Shown here: in pieces, positions 1 through 9,700 of the stretch | Numbering within the stretch: the first letter of the stretch is position 1 | Layout of the letters: every line of letters starts with the position of its first letter | From: Nemertoderma westbladi | Taxonomy: Eukaryota; Animalia; Xenacoelomorpha | Direction: 5' to 3' | Assembly (NCBI GenBank): GCA_032718475.1 | Contig: JAUCBJ010000726.1 | Location: forward strand, 1 to 35,309 | DNA: 35,309 bases | Notes under the pieces: generated by a model | The model's input: the letters and a program-made list of their open reading frames with translations, nothing else | The model's database searches: none | Told to the model about the DNA's origin: nothing | Made by a program: the position numbers and the translations under genes

Positions 1-2553
1 GGCGCAATACTTCTCCCTAATATCCGGATTCTTCAACAACCGAGCCCTTACTCCGTTTAATCTTTTCAAGGCTAAGTTGTAGTTGTTCTCCAACTTAGGT
101 GGTTGTCGACGCCACAACATTCCAACTTCAAAATGTCCAGTCGGTAGCAGACGTATGGTATCTTCCATCATCTCCAGCGACTGTTTCTCATCAGTAGACA
201 TGGCTAGGTCATATCCACCGGGTTCCATTGCGTCCCTATCCAGCCATTCGACGGTTCTGGCTCCTGTCTCGAGGTCCTGGCGTATCAATTCCTTCTGTAA
301 TTCCTCCTCACTGTATTGGAAAATGTCTAGGTCTCGATATTTAGCCACTTGACCCTCCACTATGTCTGTATAAGTCAAAACGTTAGTCAAATAGGTAGCG
401 TGGGCTGCTGAACCAGACCCACGGGTCTGATAACAGTAGTCCTCGGGTTCACTATCTGTCCGGTTATTGTGAAGTGGTTCCGACAACCTAACATTATCGG
501 GAATCAACTCCTCGTCCGACTCGCTAAAGTCACTATAGTGGTCAATACAGGTTCTCCTAAACTCGTCTATGTCTGGTGGTTCTACTAACGGTGGTTGAAT
601 TATAGGCTGTAATTCGTCGTATCTGTTTATTGGCTTGTCGCCACCTGTAAACTCATAAGACATGGGTACTCGTGTATACCAACCTAGTATGGTCCTATGG
701 GCATGTGGTCCATTGACATGCGGCTCAGCTGGTCTCGTTTCCCATATTTGGTGTGCGATCAGCTGTTCTGCACCAATCAACATAGAAACATTCCTATAAC
801 CTACCTGGTGTCTGGGTATCCTGAGCTTGTCAAAATACTCCTGTGCTATGGGACTCATCGGCGGCACCTTACCTAACTGCCTGCCGAATCCCTTCATAGC
901 TAGACACTTAAATCCGTCCAATGGCAAAGCTTTCCGTTCTTGTCGAGTATGTTGGTCTCTCGGAAGTAGGGAATCTAGTTCTACCGAAATTCTGTGTCCC
1001 TTGAGGTCTCCTACTCCATGCATAGACTTCAACTCTATTTGGATCTCCTCGGCGTCCTGGAAGCTAGAAACAGCTCTCGCCACTTCCTCGTCGATATAAG
1101 ATAATGTGGACGCAGTGTCCAACATCACATATATCCGCTTTGATCCCTTATCTCCAGTGAGTTTCACCGGAATCACGCTAAATATTTCCGACGTGGCCGA
1201 TGATAAATACGTCCGCGCGCTGGTCGATGAACTATCCGCGGTGAAACCTTGGCAGGTCACTTCTCTCGCGCTCGACTCGCCATCCTCGTCCGACGAACCT
1301 GGTTGGTAACCATCGTCCTGAATGCCGGTGTACGTATTCCTCCTTATCAATACGGGTTCTTTGCTCCCCTTCCTGTGAGGATTTCGCTGTAAGTAACGGT
1401 CCGTTGGGGTGTGGAAATCCGCATGTAGCAACTTGTGATGTAGTCTGCCGCATTCCATGCATCCGTCCTTGCTGTTCGGGCACTGCCGCCGTACATGACC
1501 TGGCGCAAGACATGCCCAACAGGTGTCCAACGTCCGCACTTGAACTCTTCTCTGTTCCGAATTTAATTCTTTGAACCGTCTGCAACTATCTAACTTATGA
1601 TCGTCAGATCTTACCTCCTTTAGTAAACAGTATTGGCAACCTACAAATCCATCCGGCAACTCCTGTTGCTTTAACCTAGGTCTATCTAACCGCTCACCTG
1701 ACCATACTCGCGAGTCTGATCTAAAGGCTGGGGTACTCGAATTATATCTGTCTACTGAGTTAAATGTCACAGTGGTCCTGTCATCGTCAAAACTTACCAT
1801 AGACTTACCGGTAACAGGTTTAGACTCCCTCATGTTCTCCTCTGAGAAGTTTGATTTCATCTCTGCTACTGCGTCTGTGGCTATCATGTCATGAATATGC
1901 TGAAGTGTCAATACCTTACCTTGGCCCTCCAACTTATTCTCTAATTTGCGCCATTTCTGTCGATAACGCATGTTTAAACGTCTTATTACGCTCTTTAAAA
2001 CTTCGGCGTGATCACCATGATGAGGTAGATTCACCGTCCTCAAGATGTCCAATGCGTTCGAAATAGCGTTCGCTAAGTTCAACAGCTCTAACGGAGTTGT
2101 AATCCTTCCGCCCTTACCCAAGTCTTCTACTATCGACTGCGCCATCTTCATTTTATTCCCGTAGATGTCGCTAAGCGTCTTCATCGCTAACTCGAATGCC
2201 CTTTCATTGCCGACGAAGTTATCAGCAATGGCTCTAGGTTCTCGATGGAGCATCTGAAGCAAATAGTTGAACTTCTCGTTGGGAGTAAAGGTGCTGTTGG
2301 TTAGCTGCTCGTCGACATAGGCTTTGAAAGTCCTCCAATGCTTATGGTTGCCCATAAACTTCTGGGGTTGTTGCGTCGGCAGTCCTTGCCTAGCAGCAAA
2401 CTTACCTATGTCCCTAAGGGTTGCGTCGTTCCGGGTTAACAAATGGTTTAGTTCTGCAGGGTTGTTAAGTCTGGTCCTTTCCCGGTGGTTCCAACTTACC
2501 TGCTCCGCGTCGGTCCTTCTTTCCTTATAGTTTCGGGACTTCTGACGTCTCAT
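1..2553 (-). CDS. BEL/Pao Gag(CA-NC)-Pol polyprotein, 3'-partial (frame open from 2979; first in-frame ATG 2553)
   Basis: Translated by hand; it is absent from the ORF track because it has no stop in the window. Motifs: FMGNHKHWRTFKAYVDEQL..EKFNYLLQML (DUF1759-like), CQYC..HKLDSC / CWACLAPGHVRRQC / CMECGRLHHKLLH (about 1640-1420), VMLDTAST (protease Asp at 1119-1117), PHAHRTILGW, GHFEVGMLWR..LENNYNLALKRL. No stop codon from 2979 to 1. Confidence 0.92.
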   Translation of the reverse strand, partial: MRRQKSRNYKERRTDAEQVSWNHRERTRLNNPAELNHLLTRNDATLRDIGKFAARQGLPTQQPQKFMGNHKHWRTFKAYVDEQLTNSTFTPNEKFNYLLQMLHREPRAIADNFVGNERAFELAMKTLSDIYGNKMKMAQSIVEDLGKGGRITTPLELLNLANAISNALDILRTVNLPHHGDHAEVLKSVIRRLNMRYRQKWRKLENKLEGQGKVLTLQHIHDMIATDAVAEMKSNFSEENMRESKPVTGKSMVSFDDDRTTVTFNSVDRYNSSTPAFRSDSRVWSGERLDRPRLKQQELPDGFVGCQYCLLKEVRSDDHKLDSCRRFKELNSEQRRVQVRTLDTCWACLAPGHVRRQCPNSKDGCMECGRLHHKLLHADFHTPTDRYLQRNPHRKGSKEPVLIRRNTYTGIQDDGYQPGSSDEDGESSAREVTCQGFTADSSSTSARTYLSSATSEIFSVIPVKLTGDKGSKRIYVMLDTASTLSYIDEEVARAVSSFQDAEEIQIELKSMHGVGDLKGHRISVELDSLLPRDQHTRQERKALPLDGFKCLAMKGFGRQLGKVPPMSPIAQEYFDKLRIPRHQVGYRNVSMLIGAEQLIAHQIWETRPAEPHVNGPHAHRTILGWYTRVPMSYEFTGGDKPINRYDELQPIIQPPLVEPPDIDEFRRTCIDHYSDFSESDEELIPDNVRLSEPLHNNRTDSEPEDYCYQTRGSGSAAHATYLTNVLTYTDIVEGQVAKYRDLDIFQYSEEELQKELIRQDLETGARTVEWLDRDAMEPGGYDLAMSTDEKQSLEMMEDTIRLLPTGHFEVGMLWRRQPPKLENNYNLALKRLNGVRARLLKNPDIREKYCA

Positions 2554-4158
2554 GTCTTCCTCGTCATCGCTTGACTCGGTGTCAGTCCTTAGCGCTCGCG
2601 ATGGTTTGCGCGCCGAGGCCCTGCGCTTGCATCCTTCTGGGCTCCTCCTGGAGGCGCACCCATGAGGCGGACGCTGTCCCACCACCCCTGGGGCCAGTCC
2701 GACTGATGTTATTATCAGACCGGGCCGGAGGGTGGCCCGATGCTTCCCGGGTTCTGTTTTCGGTCCCCCGATCACACCGGCACAGCTCGTCGAACGTGTA
2801 GCCAGATGGGCGGCTACTGTCAACTTACTGTGGCCTGACTGTACATTGAGCCAACTCAGAGAGTCAACCGGCGGGTGGACCAGTCGATAGCGATCAAGCA
2901 CCAAGGTCGCCCTTGGGCCTAACCGACGGTCTTGTCCCAAGTGGGCTTGTGCTACCCAACATGGAATATTGACACGTTTTCACCCGCCTCGCCGGCAGTA
3001 TTGAGGGGAAGTAAGTTCCACAAACAATACTGACTAGCTCGAAAGCTAGGAACAAGTAACCACTTACCAGTCCTATACACGTGTACTCAATGGATGTTCA
3101 CAATATCGAGTACACTACGGTAAACACAAAATCTGACACATACCATGTACACACAGAGGACATAATCGGGAAAGACAAAATCGGTGTCAAAATCGAGAAA
3201 GACAAAATCGGAGGGGACAAAATCGGGAGGAATAGTTGTATCGACTTGAGAGAGAATGAGAAAGTCGAGAGTACTTTATTTTACCGACAGGGTAAAATAA
3301 CTTGTGTGCACAAAGTATGCTGGGGCGCAGTAAAGTATGGTCCTACTAATACCAGCGGCGTCTTGTCCAACCGGCAAGGTTTCCCACACTCACTCACAGT
3401 GGCCACACATACAAACACGTGTACTCACGTACCCACAGCAACAGAAAACTCAAAGGCCCAAACAAATCTCAAAGACCAATCAGCTGAACATGGAGACAAT
3501 AACATATAGTATCAAAAAAACGGAACAGCTGATGGTCAAAGGAACCCATCCGAGCCCCAAGCAACTGCCACTGATCGCCCACATACAAAACACAGTTCAC
3601 ACCACATGAACCACAAATCACACCATGCCACCACCCCTACTATGTACAGAACTGGCAGTACGGCAACAGGCCGACTAGACGGTACCACGGCACCATGGCA
3701 ATTCATGGTTCGCTAGACACGAGGGCCTTCAGTATCTCCCTTGCACTTAGAGGAGGCATTTAACTTTAACGTGTCCCCAGACCCTCACGAGTCCGCCGCC
3801 GCCTGTTTTGGGCACACTTATAGAGACCTCACCTCCTTAGGCACCCAAGCCTCCTCAATAAATCTTTCCGCCGAATTTTCGAAATTGGGATTATGGATAT
3901 TCGGGACAGGCGTCCTTACCTGAGGTCTATGTGGTATAGTCTCCTCCGATATACGTACTCGTTGACTAGGCTGGACTTTATCTAATTCAGGCCTGCTGGG
4001 ATTTGAATTACTTCTTACCTGGGCTGCTTCCTTTAACCGTAGGTTGCTAAGCATGTCCGTTATAGGTTGGATGTGCGGCGATATAGCTTGCGCTAAACTA
4101 GCACTTAACTCATCTCTCGTAATAAATTCCTGGCTAGGGTTCTGTTGTATAGTCGGCT

Positions 4159-6060
4159 CTATCTGAGTAATCCGCTGTCTCTCATATGATCCCTCTTCCG
4201 GTTTAACCCGGAAGTTCTCCGTCGAACTGGGTCGGCGCTCCGTCCGCGTATTCCAAACCCGCGGGTTGGTTCGCCAAGTACTCGTCCCGTCGGAGTTTCT
4301 CTAAACTCTCCGTTGTCGCGTTCGGTGTATAGTGGTGCGGTGTTCCGATGACGTAGATCCTGGGCGATGGGTGAAGCACTAATACCAACTGGCGTGCGAT
4401 ATGTAGAGAACGGTTTAGCGATCCGTGTACTCGTAATAGCTGGACCGGGTATAGGAATTCTGGTCGTCGTCGACTCGCGTATAGTCGGAGTTCTCGCTTC
4501 CTGTTCGGCCTTCTGCAGTGCGAACAGTTCTCGCAACTCAGTCCCTACACTCGCCCCACATTCTTCGATCATTCGCATCCCCTTCTCGGCGATTTCATTC
4601 GCCTTCCTAGTCCGTTCTTCGCTCTCTAAACTTAATCTCGCACTTTCCAACTGCACCAGTTTACGTTCTTCTTCTTCCCTCGCTCGTCTCGCTGCGCCCT
4701 CTTCTTCCACACGCGCCCTTTCTTCATACAACGCTTGTCGCTCTTTCTCGATCTCGAGTTCGCGTTCCTTGCGTTCGCGTTCAAGTTCGAGTTCGCGTTC
4801 GAGCTGGAGTTCGCGTTCTTTCTGCTCGCGCTCAAGTTCGAGTTCGCGTTCCTTGCGTTCGCGTTCAAGTTGAAGTTCACGTTCCTTCTGCTCGCGTTCC
4901 GCTCGCTCACGCTTACCTTTCTCTTCCAATTCGCGCAACTTCGCGTCTAACTTACGTGTTCGCTCCCGTTCCCGCTCGGCTTCCTTCCGTGCTTCCGATG
5001 CACGCAAAACTTCCGCCTGCTGTTCGTCCAGTCGGCGTCTTCTCTCCTCCGCCGAGTTGTGAGAAACAAGAGATCTAGCACATATAACTTTCCCTCGCGC
5101 GTGACTAACCTGGGAATCGCCACTGTCTCTGGATGCGTCGTCGGGTGGAGTCAACGTCCTCTGTTGAATGTTCTCCGTCGTCGGTAGCACCTGGCCTGGT
5201 ACCACCACTCCATTCTGCATCAGCCAGCTAGTAACTTCCCTTTGATACCGGCGCTCCTCTTTATCTTGGATCTCTTCTCGCTCCACTAAGTCTCTCAACT
5301 CTGCGTCACTCACCTGAGTCGCCTGCGTTTGTGATGCCCATAGCAGCCAGTTCTCCGTCCTAACTCGTCGGAATCGCTCCGATAACTCGCGATGCTCCAA
5401 CAGGGCTGCCAAAACCCTATCATAAATCCTCGTCGCCACGTCGCTCGACTGAGACTCTACTGCCTTCTTCGCTAGGACTGCAAGCTCCTCCGTCTGCTTG
5501 AATAACGCTGAGTTATATCCTCTTCTAATCTCTACTAACTCTACCCTCCCGATGTTCGCTGAGTCAGCTAACATCTTCCTTACCTTGTCCGCCGTCCGAG
5601 TTATATGTCCGGCATGCGCGCGAAGTTTCTTCTTTATCGCAATGTCTAGTTCTCTCTCGCTTACCTGACTCACACTCGGTGGACTTGAAGGATTATTTCG
5701 GGAACTACGGGTACTCCTTACAGCCGTTGGGACCACGGCACTTACCATACCCACAGGTCTGGAAACCGGGCTCCGGGCTCTCGCTTCTGCTACACTACTC
5801 TCCCTATCACTCACCTCTGTCCGGGCTGCCGTACAGTCCTTCCTATCAGTAGCAGTACGGGATCCTAATACTATTACTTGAGGTTGTTGTTCTTCCTCAC
5901 TAGTCACTGTCTCGTCCTCCTGTTCACTTACGTCAGCGTCGCTCGCTGCGTCGTCATAGTCGGCATTGTCATCAACAGTAATGTTTACGCTATCGTCAGT
6001 CGGCGGTCCAGCCGCCGTCTCATAGCTGTCCTCTAGTGCCTCTTTGTCTGAGACACTCAT
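4159..6060 (-). CDS. 633-aa Gag N-terminal-like ORF1 of element 1 (acidic N-terminus, long E/R/K coiled coil)
   Basis: Intact ATG-to-TAG ORF upstream of and co-oriented with gag-pol. Contains a helical segment KKKLRAHAGHITRTADKVRKML reminiscent of BEL Gag N-termini and (ELELERERKER)-type repeats at about 4740-4920. Confidence 0.8.
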   Translation of the reverse strand: MSVSDKEALEDSYETAAGPPTDDSVNITVDDNADYDDAASDADVSEQEDETVTSEEEQQPQVIVLGSRTATDRKDCTAARTEVSDRESSVAEARARSPVSRPVGMVSAVVPTAVRSTRSSRNNPSSPPSVSQVSERELDIAIKKKLRAHAGHITRTADKVRKMLADSANIGRVELVEIRRGYNSALFKQTEELAVLAKKAVESQSSDVATRIYDRVLAALLEHRELSERFRRVRTENWLLWASQTQATQVSDAELRDLVEREEIQDKEERRYQREVTSWLMQNGVVVPGQVLPTTENIQQRTLTPPDDASRDSGDSQVSHARGKVICARSLVSHNSAEERRRRLDEQQAEVLRASEARKEAERERERTRKLDAKLRELEEKGKRERAEREQKERELQLERERKERELELEREQKERELQLERELELERERKERELEIEKERQALYEERARVEEEGAARRAREEEERKLVQLESARLSLESEERTRKANEIAEKGMRMIEECGASVGTELRELFALQKAEQEARTPTIRESTTTRIPIPGPAITSTRIAKPFSTYRTPVGISASPIAQDLRHRNTAPLYTERDNGEFRETPTGRVLGEPTRGFGIRGRSADPVRRRTSGLNRKRDHMRDSGLLR

Positions 6061-8914
6061 AGTCTAAATAATGTTTGCCTTCCGGCAAAATATCTCGCAA
6101 AGGTTCGAGATATAATTATAATTTAACCGAAACACGGTCAAATTATTTGTCAAATAATCAGTTGGTCCAAAATGTCAAAATAAATTCGCAATGCAATATT
6201 GTGAATTTAATGGGGTATATAGTTATAGCAAATACTAGCACAATATTTAAACAAAAATATTATTATATAGCTATTATATAGCATTAAATACCGGTATAGC
6301 ACAAAATAACTCTGAATCTAATACAAAATATTCAAAATAAACTTGCCACCCGAATATTTCTAATTTTATATATATATAGCTCTAATTAACGTAATTTTAA
6401 TTTCAAATATTATATGTATCCACTAGCGCGTGGCTACATCTTCGGGTTGCGACTCTCTCTAACTCTCTCTCTAACTTGAGCGATTCAAAACCATGGCCGG
6501 CTAAACCTAAATATCCTAACTAATAAATTGAGTTCAGCTTCGCAGTTAAACAACCGATAATTTTTTACTGCTTCCACAAACACTATGGTGCCAACAGAAC
6601 AACTAACCTTGTTTGCTGTGAGATTCCACGTCCGCGTCCAAAGATTCAGGCCCTTCGCTGATTGCAAACCGAACCCGCAGACCCACACGAACCCCAAACT
6701 CAGAAGTTCCGTCTTGCCATGTATCTCCAGATGGTATAAAATAACTAAGCGGTTACCTAACATACCGATACAAAACTCTAGAATTTTACAAAATAATTTT
6801 GACCGAAACTGAATTCTCGCAAACCTAGCTAATAATTTTCAAAAAACTTACTAATTACAATTTGCCCTAAGGCCTAAGGAACTGCTGTATTCGCAATTAG
6901 CAAAACGCACTACCGTACATTCACTGTATGCAGTACAGTAAGTAAAACAGTACACCAACCTAACAGCCTAATGATACTGTGTGTGGTACGGCAAAACAAA
7001 TGTCTCTTCTACCGTACGCAGTAACAGCAATCAGCCTAATGTACTACTGTACTATTGTACGCAGCCAGTGAATACAGTAATCTAAACTAACAGCCTAAAA
7101 ATACACTATGTGTTCTACCGTACGCTAGCCTATAGCCTACAGCAGACGATCACGTGCTCCAACTTATTACTTAATACTGTGATACTACTAATCAGCCTAA
7201 GAATACACTATTGACTGCTGCAAGCAACAGCCAATAATACGCGTATTACTGATAAACAACCGCGACCTCTATACTAACAGCAGAACTGTTGAACAGACCA
7301 ATACCCGTTAATATCCTTCTGTCAACCTAATGAGCTCTCGCCTAACCAATAAGAAACAAAGAATGCTCTACTGTTAAGTAAAGGGGATCAGGAGCGTGAT
7401 ATTACTAAATTGTAAAGGTGGCTAAATACAAAACCGCTACTTACCGTTGGATGGCGCTAATCTGCCGTCCGCTAATATATTTTACTAATTTTACACAACT
7501 CCTGCAAAATCGCTTGTTCCTTTCTCTACCGATCGCTCGATAGAGAGCTAACTGTTCGAATCTATGAGCCACGCGGGAATAACCAAAACAATAAACCCGA
7601 GTCGGCTCCCTAAGCTTACTTAAGACGAGTGCGAGAGGCCTTGCACTCAGAGTATTCTTACGCCTAATTCTATCACTATTAAAACACGCTATTGTCTACG
7701 TCTTTCTAATCGCGAATACTGGAGGTTCCCTAACGTAATGTGTGAATGTGAGAATATTTAAAATAATCAAAATGATACAGTAATTGTTTTTACGTGGATA
7801 GTACCACTCTGGGTCTAAACTTGCCTGCGGCTGGCTTTAGGCCAGCAAATTACTAGCGTATCGTGCGTACCGAATAGTGCGATCTAGCTGATTGCCCGCT
7901 AGTGCAAATAACCGCTCAGCGTGAATAGTTTACAGTACTCTAATTATTACCTTAGCTACTCTCCGCTATGCTGCGTACTAATTCTTAATTTTTACTAATC
8001 AATTACAGTCACAAATATTTAACAGCGTACTAATTACTAAGAGTTCCAGAATACGTAATTCTAATTTATTACGCAACAGGTTTCGCTAGTAATAGCCTAA
8101 ATTGCCGTATTACTTTGACCTAATCAGTAACTAATTATTGTAACTAAGAAATAGAAATCAATCAAAAGAAAAGGGTGCCTACCTAAACATTCATAATCAT
8201 AGGCACACTTCAATAACACACCAATCAGCGTCAGAAATCACAGTTCGCAATTATGCAGTTAACTACTGTATAGCCCACAATTATGCGATTCACTACTCGT
8301 ACTCTACACTCAACGTTGTAATACGCGCAGGCCTCTCCCGGATACATCTAGGATTCCTAACTAACCCGATTCCTGCCCCCCTAATACTAAATAGAGACAA
8401 AACCTGGATCATCAGCCCCCTAGTTACTGTATCGGCGAATGGTCTGCGTGTTACAGTGCAAGATACCCGCCCGCAACGGTGACCCTAGCCAGCGTTGCCC
8501 GCTTTGAATCCTCCGCTCTCTCCTAGTCGCTCAACCCCCCGATGTGCCCACCGCCCACTGGCACCTTAGCCCTCCATTATGCTAATAGCTACCGTAGCGG
8601 CGCATGCAAATCACAAAGTCTGACAGTCTCAGAAATCCCTTAGGATTATTGCGCAGAAAGGAATCACATAGAACCATTAATCAAAAGTAGAAATCATAGT
8701 TCAGTTGTAATTAGCAGTAATCGAAGGAATTAATTGAGAAACACAATCGAGAGTAATCGCACTAGCAAATCATTCCAAGAAATTAATCAAAATTAGCAAA
8801 TTGCAGAAAATACGCTAAAATATCCGTCAAAATTGAATAGAGACAGCTCAACAAGTACAAAGGTGATAGCAGATCATGTGAGGTGTCATGTGAGGCTCTA
8901 CCGGCACACCGCCA

Positions 8915-9023
8915 ATTTATAGGTGATCCGGATGGGGTGATGCAATAGGGTGACTCAATCGCTCTCCTATTGGCTCTCCAGTCCGTGCTAGCATTAGACC
9001 AACCTGGAAGCAGTTAGTCCAAT
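8915..9023 (-). promoter_or_regulatory. Candidate LTR promoter of element 1 (TATA plus two CCAAT boxes)
   Basis: TATAAAT on minus at 8921-8915; CCAAT on minus at 8973-8969; inverted CCAAT at 9019-9023. Confidence 0.5.
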
Positions 9024-9036
9024 AAGGAGGCCGGAT

Positions 9037-9246
9037 TGTAGCCCTATCGCTTGCCCAAACCTCAAATTATTACCATATATGGTAATGGTTCACGTCCCTG
9101 GCTGCTGAATGGCCAGGACAGCGTCCCTATATGCTAGCCCTATCGATGCTAATATCAGCAAGCACAAAATCCAGGGTCCGAATAAACTCGCTACCCTGGA
9201 ACTATCTACATATATCCTAATACAAAATTACGTAGGTAGGGCTACA
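9037..9246. repeat. 210-bp segment bounded by perfect 10-bp inverted repeats TGTAGCCCTA...TAGGGCTACA (candidate U3/LTR start or small MITE)
   Basis: TIRs at 9037-9046 and 9237-9246; internal palindromes such as ATTACCATATATGGTAAT and TCCAGGGT..ACCCTGGA; no TSD seen. Confidence 0.55.
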
Positions 9247-9348
9247 TACTATACAAAATGGATGGATTCAAATATATGGGTGTTTCGATTTCCCTATCTA
9301 AATACCACTGCGTTATTATGCCTTATCTAAAATATCATGCTGCACAAT

Positions 9349-9443
9349 GGACTAATATTACGTACAGTATAACGGACTAATATTGCATACTGCATAACGG
9401 ACTAATATTGCATACAGTATAACGACTAATAATGTGGATACAG
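9349..9443. repeat. 25-bp tandem repeat, about 3.7 copies
   Basis: GGACTAATATTRCRTAC..YATAAC units at 9349, 9374, 9399 and a degenerate copy at 9424. Confidence 0.85.
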
Positions 9444-9700
9444 CGCCATATACCGTAACAATACTCGATGCTTAAGATCTATTGTAAGAAGTATTAAGTG
9501 AGTGTACTGTACAGGAATGTACAGGAAATTTTTTTTTTTACTGTACAGGAATGCCAGTAATCTAATATAGTTTTGTCAATTCGGAAACTAAGAAAGGGTA
9601 AATAAAAATGCTTATTTTTTTATTTATCATTATTAAAAAAAAAGGGGAAAAAGGATAAATTCAATAAAAAAAAGTGGAAGAGCCAAAAAAAGGGGTAAAA

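Larger units (their letters stand above)
1..9246 (-). mobile_element. BEL/Pao LTR retrotransposon (element 1), 5' part; 3' part lies beyond the left window edge
   Basis: Minus-strand frame with DUF1759-like capsid region, BEL-type triple zinc knuckle, aspartic protease and pre-RT motifs; upstream Gag-like ORF; long leader; candidate LTR start TGTAG at 9246 followed by CCAAT and TATA boxes. The 5' boundary is inferred; the LTR 3' end and PBS were not found. Confidence 0.85.

Noticed and set aside
83-4950. Many short + strand and alternative-frame ORFs
   Set aside because: Shadows of the minus-strand gag-pol/ORF1, or low-complexity spacer frames such as 3081-3509.
7720-7729. TGGAGGTTCC resembling a tRNA-Gln PBS
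   Set aside because: Wrong strand for element 1 and only 10 nt long.
8900-8914. TGGCGGTGTGCCGG (minus) as the PBS of element 1
   Set aside because: Not preceded by a CA LTR end, no tRNA match that I know, and it directly follows a TATA-like box.
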